From NCBI GenBank assembly GCA_965203965.1, contig CBDBDR010000017.1, forward strand, positions 1,280,001 through 1,344,000: a DNA stretch of 64,000 nt. The letters are read 5' to 3'. This document shows positions 43,256 to 52,273 of the stretch, in pieces. Position numbers and translations under genes: made by a program. The notes under the pieces are model-generated. The model searched no databases. It was not told where the DNA came from and was given only the letters and a program-made list of their open reading frames with translations. Source of the stretch: Thermodesulfobacteriota bacterium (GTDB taxonomy: Bacteria > Desulfobacterota_D > UBA1144 > Nemesobacterales > JAJCZQ01). Within the stretch, counting starts at the first letter, position 1; each line of letters starts with the position of its first letter.

Positions 43256-44296
43256 ATGACTGATATTAAAGTAGCCGTTTTGGGTGCAAGTGGATATACG
43301 GGGGGTGAGTTGATAAGGCTTTTGTTGAATCATCCCAACGTTGAGATTTGTTACATTACGGCTGAAAAACACGCCGGAAAGCAGATCACTGAGGTTTTTC
43401 CCCATCTGAAACGTTTATTGGATTTGAAGTTGGAGAAACTGTATCCGTCAGATATAGCAGATGATATAAACTTTGTTTTTTTAGCACTGCCTCACGGAGC
43501 CTCAGCCGAGGTTGTAGCTGCTCTTCAAAACAAAGATTTGAAAGTAGTTGACCTTGGAGCGGATTTCAGGCTAAACGTAAAAAACTACAATAAGTGGTAT
43601 GGGGAGCATCCATGTCCTTCATTTCTTGAAAATGCAGTGTATGGAATTTCAGAGCTTTACGCAGATGAAATTTCCAAGGCAAATTTAATAGCCAACCCCG
43701 GTTGCTACCCGACTTCATCTATACTACCTTTGGCACCGCTGTTGAAAAAAGATGTTATCAGTGAAAAAAATATAATAGTAGACTCAAAATCAGGTGTTTC
43801 AGGTGCTGGACGGTCTCCCTCTTTGGATTTTCATTTTTGTGAAGTAAATGAGGGATTGAAAGCCTATAAAGTTGGTTCACACAGGCACTCTCCCGAAATA
43901 GAGCAGCACCTGTCTAATTACTGTGGAAAGAAAACCGACATTACATTTACACCACATCTTATACCAATTGACAGGGGAATGCTTTCAACGATATATGTAA
44001 ACACCAACGGAAGCTACACCGCAGCCGAGTTGATAGAGATATTAAAGCAGTTTTACAATGGTTCACCTTTTATAAGGGTTTATGATGAGGGATATTTCCC
44101 AAACACTTTGTACGTAAGAGGCTCCAATTACTGCGACATAGGGGTTTCATCCGACCCTATGAAAAAGACCGCTATTTTAGTTTCTGCGATAGACAACCTT
44201 GTAAAAGGAGCTTCAGGACAGGCAATTCAGAACATGAACATAATGAATGACCTGCCTGAAAATACCGGGTTGAATTTAACCCCCGTGTTGCCTTAA
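43256..44296 (+). CDS. argC: N-acetyl-gamma-glutamyl-phosphate reductase
   Basis: GASGYTG, ANPGCYPT and DNLVKGASGQA motifs. Confidence 0.97.
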   Translation: MTDIKVAVLGASGYTGGELIRLLLNHPNVEICYITAEKHAGKQITEVFPHLKRLLDLKLEKLYPSDIADDINFVFLALPHGASAEVVAALQNKDLKVVDLGADFRLNVKNYNKWYGEHPCPSFLENAVYGISELYADEISKANLIANPGCYPTSSILPLAPLLKKDVISEKNIIVDSKSGVSGAGRSPSLDFHFCEVNEGLKAYKVGSHRHSPEIEQHLSNYCGKKTDITFTPHLIPIDRGMLSTIYVNTNGSYTAAELIEILKQFYNGSPFIRVYDEGYFPNTLYVRGSNYCDIGVSSDPMKKTAILVSAIDNLVKGASGQAIQNMNIMNDLPENTGLNLTPVLP

Positions 44297-44350
44297 TAAA
44301 AATTAGTGTTAAACTGCAAAAACCAGAAAGTATAGTTCACGGAGGGTAGA

Positions 44351-45196
44351 ATGTCAGATTACGTACATCCAGAGGTTTTGGTCAGCACGCAGTGGGTAGC
44401 AGACAATATAGACAACTCAGATGTTGTTATAGTGGAGTCCAATGAAGACATACTGCTTTATGAGACAGGGCATATTCCGGGTGCCGTAAAGGTTGATTGG
44501 CAAAACGAACTTCAGGATCAGTTAATTAGGGATTATGTAGGCAGAGAGGATTTTGAAAAGTTAATGTCCAAAAAAGGAATTACCAACGACCATACCGTTG
44601 TTTTTTATGGAGACAGAAGCAACTGGTGGGCATGTTACGCGTTTTGGACCTTTAAGGTTCTTGGGCATGAAAAGTGTCTGATTATGAACGGTGGAAGACA
44701 GAAGTGGGTGGAGGAAGGAAGACCAATGACCAAAGATATATCGAGCCGACAAAGCACTAATTACAAAGTTCATGGCATCAATGAATCCATCAGAGCTTTT
44801 AGGAGTGACGTGGAAGATCATATAAGTTCCAATGGAAGATTAATTGACGTGAGATCTCCTAAGGAGTTTACGGGTGAACTCACGCACATGGAAAATTATC
44901 CTCAAGAAGGTTGCTTGAGAGGGGGGCACGTGCCGGGTGCAAATAACGTTCCATGGGCAAAGGCTGCAAATGAAGATGGCACTTTCAAATCGGTTGATGA
45001 ACTTGAGGCAATTTATAAGAATGAAGTGGGAATGAAAGAAGAAGATGACGTAATTGCTTATTGCAGAATAGGAGAGAGATCTTCACACACTTGGTTTGTC
45101 CTATCTTACCTACTTGGGTTTCAAAATGTTCGCAATTATGACGGTTCATGGACGGAGTGGGGTAACCTCGTAAAGGCACCAATAGAGAAACCTTGA
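44351..45196 (+). CDS. Two-domain sulfurtransferase (rhodanese; SseA/CysA type)
   Basis: GHIPGA, active-site YCRIGERS and YDGSWTEW motifs. Confidence 0.93.
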   Translation: MSDYVHPEVLVSTQWVADNIDNSDVVIVESNEDILLYETGHIPGAVKVDWQNELQDQLIRDYVGREDFEKLMSKKGITNDHTVVFYGDRSNWWACYAFWTFKVLGHEKCLIMNGGRQKWVEEGRPMTKDISSRQSTNYKVHGINESIRAFRSDVEDHISSNGRLIDVRSPKEFTGELTHMENYPQEGCLRGGHVPGANNVPWAKAANEDGTFKSVDELEAIYKNEVGMKEEDDVIAYCRIGERSSHTWFVLSYLLGFQNVRNYDGSWTEWGNLVKAPIEKP

Positions 45197-45274
45197 TTTT
45201 TAATAAAGTTTTTTATTTAAAAAGGTTATCATTTTACTCATTACATTATAGATAATGGTTGATATATTAAAGTT

Positions 45275-45700
45275 ATGGGTAAACTCGATGACATTATCAA
45301 CCAGTTCCAGGGTGCTGATTTTCAGGAAACACTTGAACTTTTATTGGATTATTCAGAGGATCTCCCACCTGTTCCCAAAAGATTCAGCGGGGAGCTTGAT
45401 AAAGAATCCAAAAGGGTCTCGGAATGTGAAACACCCGTTTACTTGTGGGTTGATATTAAAAACAACTCTGTAGAGATCTATGCGGATGTTCCACCTGAAT
45501 CACCTACCGTAAGAGGGCTTGTTTCTATACTTATCAGTGCGTTTAATGGAAGCACACCGAAAGCAGTTGAGTCGGCACCGGTAGATCTGCTCTCAAGGCT
45601 CGAGCTGGCACAAAAACTCGGAACAAGGAGAATGTATGGCTTGGGTGCTGTTTACAATAGGATAAAGAACGAGGTGAAAAAGAAGACTTTGCTTCAGTGA
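45275..45700 (+). CDS. SufE family sulfur-acceptor protein
   Basis: VSECETP (Cys), ESPTVRG and RRMYGL motifs. Confidence 0.87.
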   Translation: MGKLDDIINQFQGADFQETLELLLDYSEDLPPVPKRFSGELDKESKRVSECETPVYLWVDIKNNSVEIYADVPPESPTVRGLVSILISAFNGSTPKAVESAPVDLLSRLELAQKLGTRRMYGLGAVYNRIKNEVKKKTLLQ

Positions 45701-45708
45701 GAGTGTAA

Positions 45709-46098
45709 ATGCTGCATTATGAGTTGATGGACTTGATCATGGATCACTATGAAAATCCCAGAAATGCTGGGGAAATGGCTGATCCAGACGTTAAACAAAC
45801 GGCAAACAACCCGGGATGTGGTGATAAGATAACAGTTTATTTAAAGATCAAGGAAGGCAAAGTGAAGGATATTAAATTTGAGATAGAGGGTTGTATAGTG
45901 AGCCAGGCGGGCACCTCTATTATTTCCGAATTTGTTAAAGACAGACCAGTTGAAGAAATAAAAAATACGGGTTCTGCCAAAATCAGGGAAATTATGGGGA
46001 AGGACTTTGTAATAAGAAGACCTCAATGCACAAATCTGGGGATCAATACAATTAATGCTGCAATTATAAAGTATGAAAACCAACAAAACTTCGATTAA
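45709..46098 (+). CDS. SufU/IscU-like Fe-S scaffold or sulfur-transfer protein
   Basis: DHYENPRN, NPGCGD, GC and RPQC (three conserved Cys). Confidence 0.88.
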   Translation: MLHYELMDLIMDHYENPRNAGEMADPDVKQTANNPGCGDKITVYLKIKEGKVKDIKFEIEGCIVSQAGTSIISEFVKDRPVEEIKNTGSAKIREIMGKDFVIRRPQCTNLGINTINAAIIKYENQQNFD

Positions 46099-46291
46099 AG
46101 TTCAATTTTTATAATGTCCTGTGGGATCTTTAGCAATTGTCTCTCTCGCAAAAAATGACCATATCCTTTATATGTTCTGGCGTTTTTTGCCTATTTTCTT
46201 TATTTCCTTGAGATAGTCCAAGTTTTTATCATTCCTTTTTCGTTTCTGTATTCAACTCCCCAGTAATTTCGTTGCTTGTGTTTTATGATTT

Positions 46292-47752
46292 TTACTTTGC
46301 CGAAGACAATCTATGATGGATCAGAGTAACCAGAAAGTTTAACGCAAGTCCTATTAGTCCCGCGTGAAAACCGAACGGTTTCTCAGGTATGTTCATAAAA
46401 AGGTATGAGTTGAACATGATGAACAGGGTAAGGGTTATACCCGTTGCCATTCCATAAAACATTGACCGTGAGCTAATACTTTTTACGTGAATGCCCAGAA
46501 AGACTGCAGGTGCAAGTTGGCAAAGTATTTCAAACTTTATTTCCATTAATTTCCAGATGGTTTGAGGGAGTATTGTTGCGAGGTAACACATAATTCCCAT
46601 AATTACCCATGAAGATATTTTGCCCATTGATGTTAAATGTCCGTCAGAACTGCGAGGTCTGATCACCTTGTAGATGTCTTGAGTGAACAAAGAAGAGATG
46701 GCAAGAAGTGCAGAATCTATGGTTGACATAATAGCTGCAATTGCCGATGCAATAAAAAGTGAAAGTGTCAATCCGAGAATTGGCACTTGGGATTTCAATT
46801 CGTTCAATATCAGTATTACAATGTTTTCACTTTCGTTCTTGCTCAGGTGTGGAAATTGCATTATTCCAGTTATTCCAACTATTACGATAACAAACGTGGT
46901 AACAAGAGGCATAAATACCATGATCATAAATGATCTTTTTAATGTTTTTTCATTTCTTGCTGCGTATATTCTCTGGATTGCATGAGGATATAAAGGTATG
47001 CTGAAAAATGCTAAAATCAGGATGCTCAACCACCTGATCTTCATTTCGCCGGTAGGAGGTGACCAATATTCCGGTGTGTTCTTCATCAAAAATTCTGAAG
47101 TTCCAGTTATTCCACCGTATTGATACTGGACGGCAAACAGTATAATAATACATCCGACCAGAAGCATTATTCCTTGTATAACGTCCGTCCAGGCAACACT
47201 TCGCAGTCCTCCCAGGGATTCATAAATCAGCATAATTATGGATAGTGAGATAATTCCGGTGGTAAAGCTGATCTTTGAATCTGTAACTGTTTCAACTATA
47301 TATCCGATTGCCTTTAGATTTGTGAGTATATAGCCTCCCAGTGCTATAATGCAGATGATAATCGCAAATGTGGTAAAAGACCTTGAATTGAAATTGTGCT
47401 GAAAATAGTCCCCTATCGTTATAAATTTTTCTTTACGGGATATCCTGTAAAGTTTGGGAGCAAATACTAAATAACCACCAATCACTGACATCATAAAAGT
47501 AACGCTGACCAGGGTTGTGAATCCTTCCCTGTATGCTTTGCCTGCAAAACCTATTAAAGTGTTTCCACTGTATTGAGTTGAGTATAAGGTGAGCAATAGG
47601 ACAAAAAATCCCATATTTCTCCCTGCAAGGAAGAAATCTGAGACTGTGTATTCCTTTCTTGCTTTTCTACCCAGTAATCCTATAAAAATGAGGAACAGGA
47701 TATAAATACCAATCACTATAAGCCCAGAGTCCGCAATGAGGGTATCTTTCAT
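46292..47752 (-). CDS. Sodium:solute symporter family protein (PanF-like)
   Basis: DFFLAGR, GGLRSVAWTDVIQG and AAIMSTIDS motifs; about 13 TM helices. Confidence 0.92.
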   Translation of the reverse strand: MKDTLIADSGLIVIGIYILFLIFIGLLGRKARKEYTVSDFFLAGRNMGFFVLLLTLYSTQYSGNTLIGFAGKAYREGFTTLVSVTFMMSVIGGYLVFAPKLYRISRKEKFITIGDYFQHNFNSRSFTTFAIIICIIALGGYILTNLKAIGYIVETVTDSKISFTTGIISLSIIMLIYESLGGLRSVAWTDVIQGIMLLVGCIIILFAVQYQYGGITGTSEFLMKNTPEYWSPPTGEMKIRWLSILILAFFSIPLYPHAIQRIYAARNEKTLKRSFMIMVFMPLVTTFVIVIVGITGIMQFPHLSKNESENIVILILNELKSQVPILGLTLSLFIASAIAAIMSTIDSALLAISSLFTQDIYKVIRPRSSDGHLTSMGKISSWVIMGIMCYLATILPQTIWKLMEIKFEILCQLAPAVFLGIHVKSISSRSMFYGMATGITLTLFIMFNSYLFMNIPEKPFGFHAGLIGLALNFLVTLIHHRLSSAK

Positions 47753-47770
47753 TGTATGCTTTCCAGCTTT

Positions 47771-47974
47771 TTATATTTTCCAGTATTTGATTACGTAAAC
47801 GAGAATTGAAAAAGCATATAAAATGGTAACAATTACGGAGTAAATCGCCCATTCAGGGAAGCCCAGATAAGATTGAAGGTTTGATTCCACAAAGAACCAA
47901 GGAACTGAGAATACCATTAAGAATACGGTGAAAAGATAGAAAAATTTGTCTTTGATTTCTTTTTCTCCGTTCAG
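47771..47974 (-). CDS. Small 2-TM SSS-transporter partner protein (DUF997/DUF3311-like); not in the ORF track
   Basis: Reads (L)NGEKEIKDKFFYLFTVFLMVFSVPWFFVESNLQSYLGFPEWAIYSVIVTILYAFSILVYVIKYWKI* and ends 18 nt before the symporter start. Start codon uncertain (CTG 47974). Confidence 0.7.
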   Translation of the reverse strand: MNGEKEIKDKFFYLFTVFLMVFSVPWFFVESNLQSYLGFPEWAIYSVIVTILYAFSILVYVIKYWKI

Positions 47975-48093
47975 TTTTTCAGATCGTATTATGACAAAAT
48001 TAAAATGATTTTACAGTTAATATAAAACTTTTGGGTTCAAATTGCCGGATTTTTTTGTTATTTTATTACTGCTGTACAATTAAAGGAGGATAA

Positions 48094-49452
48094 ATGATAA
48101 TGGATAGTAAAAATGGTAAACCAAGTAACAAAACAGGGGAGCTTATCAATGGAAGAATTAAAAAAGCAATGGAATATCCCTTGTTTGATTCAATTTTCAA
48201 CAGGCGGTCAAGACGTTTTGGACTCGGAATGGAGCTTAATGACAGCACACTTGAGTTTAAATCAAAGTATGACCCGGTGCCGTTGAGTGAATTGGAAGAG
48301 GCTTTGCTTGTATGGTCTGGGACGGGACTTACGGGTCTTTGTCTTGCGGATCTACCACCTGAAAACGGCATAGACCTTCTTTGTCAGTGGACGGGAAGAA
48401 CTTGGCCCTCAGCCTGCAACAATCATGGGACGGAGCTTTTTTTTACGAACGATAAGGGTTTGTATCACGTAAACGTAAAAGAGATGTTACCTCAAAAACA
48501 TGAGTTGGACATTTTCTTTAATATGTCCCGTGAGGATAAAATACAAAGATTGCTTGAACTTTACCGTGAAAGCCTGAACAAAGTGGAGGATGGCAGAGCC
48601 GACCTTCCCGATAAAATGCCGGGACTTTTTGAATTTAACCAGTGGAATACGAACAAACCCGGAACCACTGTTTTTATTCCCGTTACGGATATAACAGAGG
48701 AGTATCTGAACCTTTTGACGCTTTATTGTAGCAACAGCTATGGGTTTACCATAATTGACGACCTCACCGGCAAGCCCGCGGGTGTTGAAAAGTGGATTAA
48801 GACGGGAAGGCTAAAAGGTGAAGTTAAACTATCTCTTTTTGATCTTGAAGTTAGGATACTTACTGGGCTTAACGTTGAGCAGGCATTTGTATGTCAAAAC
48901 ATGGCACTTGCTCTTCAACCACTGGGGCTTGCTGGGTGGACTTTCAGCGGGTTTATTCCGAGATTTGCAATGGGAGCAGCTCCGAATTTATTCAAGGGAC
49001 TTGGTTTTAGGTTCATTCAACCGAAAAAAGGGAGTATTGATCCCCCGACGACAGTTCCCGTTGGAAGGGATGGGGTTTTTGAATCATACAGTCCTCCTTA
49101 TTATAAAAATATGGATGATGCAATAGATCATTTCCTTGAGCATAAATGGGCTGCATGGGAGGATGACAAACCGTTTCCATATACTGAACCTGACAAGCAC
49201 TTGATGAAAGCACCAAGACCTACTGAAACTACCATTGAGATAGTGAGAGCGGTTGCTAATTACACTTATGAAACTTACGGCAGGTTCCCTGCATTTGTTG
49301 ACCCTATGTATATGAGACTTGTGTTTCAGGCAATGCACATTGATCTTGATTTTTATGACAAGTATTATCCAAAAGGCTCTTATTCCGATAGGCACCTTGA
49401 TACTTTTCTTTCACTTCATCCTAAGGAGCGAGAGAGGTTTGATGGGAAATAG
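48094..49452 (+). CDS. Conserved hypothetical protein, possibly nitroreductase-like fold
   Basis: Strong AAGGAGG SD. IFNRRSRRF, PSACN and QNMALALQPLGLAG resemble nitroreductase-superfamily FMN-binding elements. Confidence 0.6.
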   Translation: MIMDSKNGKPSNKTGELINGRIKKAMEYPLFDSIFNRRSRRFGLGMELNDSTLEFKSKYDPVPLSELEEALLVWSGTGLTGLCLADLPPENGIDLLCQWTGRTWPSACNNHGTELFFTNDKGLYHVNVKEMLPQKHELDIFFNMSREDKIQRLLELYRESLNKVEDGRADLPDKMPGLFEFNQWNTNKPGTTVFIPVTDITEEYLNLLTLYCSNSYGFTIIDDLTGKPAGVEKWIKTGRLKGEVKLSLFDLEVRILTGLNVEQAFVCQNMALALQPLGLAGWTFSGFIPRFAMGAAPNLFKGLGFRFIQPKKGSIDPPTTVPVGRDGVFESYSPPYYKNMDDAIDHFLEHKWAAWEDDKPFPYTEPDKHLMKAPRPTETTIEIVRAVANYTYETYGRFPAFVDPMYMRLVFQAMHIDLDFYDKYYPKGSYSDRHLDTFLSLHPKERERFDGK

Positions 49453-49480
49453 AAGTTGAAGTTGTAAAGTTTTTTCTGTC

Positions 49481-50941
49481 ATGGACAAAGTGAATAAAAA
49501 CCGTCTCTACTACGGAGATAATTTTTTTATTTTGCGGGATGAGATAAGGGATGAAAGTGTTGATCTGATCTACCTTGATCCACCATTTAACAGCAAAGCC
49601 AATTACAACATTCTTTTCAAAGAGCAGACTGGAAAGCAAAGTTCATCACAAATAGAAGCATTTGACGATACTTGGCACTGGACTGAAGAAGCGGAAAGTG
49701 CTTTTGATAACATTCTGCGAAGTGGAAATTCAAACATCACCGATATGATCAATGCTATGCGATCATTCCTTGGTGAAAATGACATGATGGCTTATCTGGT
49801 GATGATGGCAGTAAGACTGATTGAACTTCACCGCGTTCTGAAACCAACGGGTTCAATCTATCTACACTGTGATCCGACTGCAAGCCATTATTTAAAAGTA
49901 TTGATGGATTGCGTGTTTGATGGTGATAGGTTCAACAATGAAATTGTTTGGCACTACTACAATAAGTATAGTGCAGGAAAAAAGGTGTGGGGAAGAAATT
50001 ACGACCAAATTTTGTTTTATAGAAAGAGTAATAATTGGATTTTTAACCCACAGAGAGAAAAAAGGGATAAACCAGTAAAACAACTTGTTAGAGAAAATAT
50101 AGACGGTGTTCTTAAAAACAAGAAAGGATCTGATGGGAAAGTCATTTATAGAATTGCAGATGACAAAAAAGTTGATTCAGTATGGTCTTTACCTTGTTTA
50201 CAACCAGCAAATCCAGAGAGATTGGGTTATCCTACACAAAAGCCATTGGCGTTATTAGAAAGAATAATAAAGGCATCTTCTAATAAAGGTGATGTAATTC
50301 TTGATCCCTTCTGCGGTTGCGGAACAGCTATTCATGCGGCAGAGAAACTCGGCAGAAACTGGATAGGAATTGACATAACCCATCTTGCCATTTCGCTGAT
50401 TGAAAGGCGATTGAAAGATGCTTTTCCAAAAATTCAGTATGAAGTTCATGGCACACCTAAAGACCTTGAAGGTGCAAGGGATCTGGCGGGGCGGGACAAA
50501 TATCAGTTTGAATGGTGGGCATTGTCTCTGATTGAAGCCGTGCCGTATCAGGGTAAAAAGAAAGGAGCGGACAGTGGAATAGACGGTGTTATCTATTTTC
50601 ACGAAGATAAAAATACAGTTGAAAGGGTTATAGTATCGGTAAAAGGTGGGGCGAATGTTGGAGTTTCAATGATACGTGATCTCAAGGGGACAATGGAAAG
50701 AGAAAAAGCGATGCTTGGACTTCTAATAACTCTTGCAGAACCGACTGCCCCGATGAAGAGAGAAGCAGTTGCGTCTAGATTTCATACTATATACGGAGAA
50801 AAGGAACAATTTCCAAAAATTCAAATTGTAACTATTGAAGAACTGCTGGATGGTAGAAAACCAAAGTTGCCAATTTTCAAAAGTATGACTTTCAGGAAAG
50901 CAAAGTTAGAAGAAGCAGGAGAGCAAAGAGATTTGTTGTAA
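49481..50941 (+). CDS. Beta-class N6/N4 DNA methyltransferase with C-terminal Mrr-like PD-(D/E)xK domain
   Basis: IYLDPPF (motif IV) precedes DPFCGCGT (motif I). C-terminal QFE...ADSGIDG...VSVKGG. Confidence 0.88.
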   Translation: MDKVNKNRLYYGDNFFILRDEIRDESVDLIYLDPPFNSKANYNILFKEQTGKQSSSQIEAFDDTWHWTEEAESAFDNILRSGNSNITDMINAMRSFLGENDMMAYLVMMAVRLIELHRVLKPTGSIYLHCDPTASHYLKVLMDCVFDGDRFNNEIVWHYYNKYSAGKKVWGRNYDQILFYRKSNNWIFNPQREKRDKPVKQLVRENIDGVLKNKKGSDGKVIYRIADDKKVDSVWSLPCLQPANPERLGYPTQKPLALLERIIKASSNKGDVILDPFCGCGTAIHAAEKLGRNWIGIDITHLAISLIERRLKDAFPKIQYEVHGTPKDLEGARDLAGRDKYQFEWWALSLIEAVPYQGKKKGADSGIDGVIYFHEDKNTVERVIVSVKGGANVGVSMIRDLKGTMEREKAMLGLLITLAEPTAPMKREAVASRFHTIYGEKEQFPKIQIVTIEELLDGRKPKLPIFKSMTFRKAKLEEAGEQRDLL

Positions 50942-50979
50942 GTTTTATTGATCTTTGCTGTTTCTTAATTTTGAATATC

Positions 50980-50987
50980 AAAATTAA
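50980..50987. repeat. Left 8-bp target-site duplication AAAATTAA
   Basis: Identical to 54671-54678; both copies abut the TIRs. Confidence 0.93.
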
Positions 50988-51010
50988 GGGAATTATATAC
51001 AATAGTGCCG
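50988..51010 (+). repeat. Left terminal inverted repeat
   Basis: Exact reverse complement of 54648-54670. Confidence 0.95.
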
Positions 51011-51033
51011 ATATAATATTTAACTAGTTTTTA

Positions 51034-51252
51034 TCATTGAGTTTTTTTATTTCTGGTGGTTTGTGGTGGTTTCTTAGGTATTACAAGTTTAGTTTTTTCT
51101 GGAGCAGGGGATGCCTTTTGTTTTTGGGATTGGAGTTTTTGAGATTGGAGTTTATGGGACTGTATAAAGTGTATATTAGGAGATAGCACTGCTTTTGTTA
51201 TTTCCTCTAATGTTCCATCTATTGGTGGTATGATTTTCTGTCTTCTACCCAT
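51034..51252 (-). CDS. Small basic hypothetical protein (IS passenger)
   Basis: 72-aa ATG ORF beginning MGRRQKIIPPIDGTLEEITKAVL, with three 15-bp internal repeats. Confidence 0.55.
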   Translation of the reverse strand: MGRRQKIIPPIDGTLEEITKAVLSPNIHFIQSHKLQSQKLQSQKQKASPAPEKTKLVIPKKPPQTTRNKKTQ

Positions 51253-51333
51253 TTTTAATATTTATCCGCTTATTTACTAAGTTTAGTATACCCAATAAGA
51301 GTTCAAACTTTAACTCAAATTATACTAAACATC

Positions 51334-51362
51334 TTGACGTTCCCCTAATTTTGTTCTATCAT
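51334..51362 (+). promoter_or_regulatory. Sigma70-type promoter for the structured leader and pilin gene
   Basis: TTGACG-N17-TATCAT; the predicted TSS near 51368-51369 coincides with the first base of the long stem. Confidence 0.7.
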
Positions 51363-51368
51363 TTTTAC

Positions 51369-51555
51369 TGTTCAATTAGTTATACGAAGCCCGCATTGTC
51401 GGGTCTCCGTGAATATAAAACCCGATACTGCCTTGTGGTCGCTCCACGATGGTGGGGAATAAGCGGAACGTCTAAAACTTCGTATGACAGTTGAACAAGA
51501 CCCGGCACCTGTGCGTTCAGGCTCCGGAAATACAATTTAGGAGGTCTTGTTCAAT
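51369..51555 (+). ncRNA. Structured leader RNA with alternative pairings (c4/CI-like switch candidate)
   Basis: Stem 51369-51389/51478-51497 (20 bp, 2 G-U, 1 bulge), inner hairpins, and a competing perfect 12-bp stem 51491-51502/51543-51554 over the SD-start region. Confidence 0.65.
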
Positions 51556-52095
51556 ATGTCTATATTTACTTCTTACAAACGGGTACCTGCCCACAATCAG
51601 GGAGATTACAAACGGGGAATAAACAAAGAAAGTGGTTTTACTTTGTTGGAGTTATTAATAGTTGCAGCCATTCTTGGAATTATTATTGCAATAGCGATTC
51701 CCAATCTACTCGGTGCAAGAAAGAATGCTAATGTGGTAAGTGCTAAAAAATCCATAGATAGCATTAGGGTTGCTGAAGTGATGTATTACAACAACCATGG
51801 GAGATACGCTAATAATGCAGCAGACCTTGCAGTAAATGACTATGTATCAGATTCATCACTACGAGATGCTATGCAATCTTCTTGCAAGCCCAAAAGTGGA
51901 TACTGCTTTAGACCAGATTCCGCTATTGTGTCTTCTTACGAGTTTGGATGGCAAGCTGCTCCGGTAAATGTAAATAACATAGCTGATGTGGCTGTTGCGG
52001 TTTATACAGATGGTGTTATTAGATGTGCGACAGCAGCGAAGGCTAAGGAATATGAGGCTGATGCTACAAGCCCTTCATGTGAGTCGGAAAAATAG
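51556..52095 (+). CDS. Type IV pilin-like protein (prepilin N-terminal methylation domain)
   Basis: G|FTLLELLIVAAILGIIIAIAIPNL cleavage motif with E5; four C-terminal Cys; AGGAGG at 51539-51544. Start is ATG 51556 or TTG 51547. Confidence 0.9.
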   Translation: MSIFTSYKRVPAHNQGDYKRGINKESGFTLLELLIVAAILGIIIAIAIPNLLGARKNANVVSAKKSIDSIRVAEVMYYNNHGRYANNAADLAVNDYVSDSSLRDAMQSSCKPKSGYCFRPDSAIVSSYEFGWQAAPVNVNNIADVAVAVYTDGVIRCATAAKAKEYEADATSPSCESEK

Positions 52096-52118
52096 GCAGA
52101 GGAGTAATACACAATTTA

Positions 52119-52207
52119 AGCAACCCTGACTTTGAGCTCCCTATAGTGGGATTGGTATGAATGAGCCTTACCCCACACTTTTACTCAAGGTTAGGGTTGC
52201 TACTTTT
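52119..52207 (+). terminator. Long hairpin followed by a T-rich tract downstream of the pilin gene
   Basis: AGCAACCCTGACTTTGAG (52119-52136) pairs with CTCAAGGTTAGGGTTGCT (52184-52201): 18 bp with 2 G-U pairs. Confidence 0.5.
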
Positions 52208-52273
52208 GGTTGTTGTAGCACTATAAATCTGGTAATATTTTATACGAGAAAGAAGGATTAAAACTGATATACT

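Noticed and set aside
46100..46290. Possible small minus-strand gene downstream of the symporter
   Set aside because: Only short broken frames, with no consistent start and no recognisable similarity.
51369..51510. Leader as a tRNA or known metabolite riboswitch
   Set aside because: No T-loop, anticodon arm or CCA pattern, and no riboswitch consensus that I recognise. Kept only as a candidate c4-like structure.
52119..52201. Hairpin after the pilin as an integron attC site
   Set aside because: The ends do not fit RYYYAAC/GTTRRRY, the stem lacks the typical extrahelical bases, and there is no integrase or cassette array.
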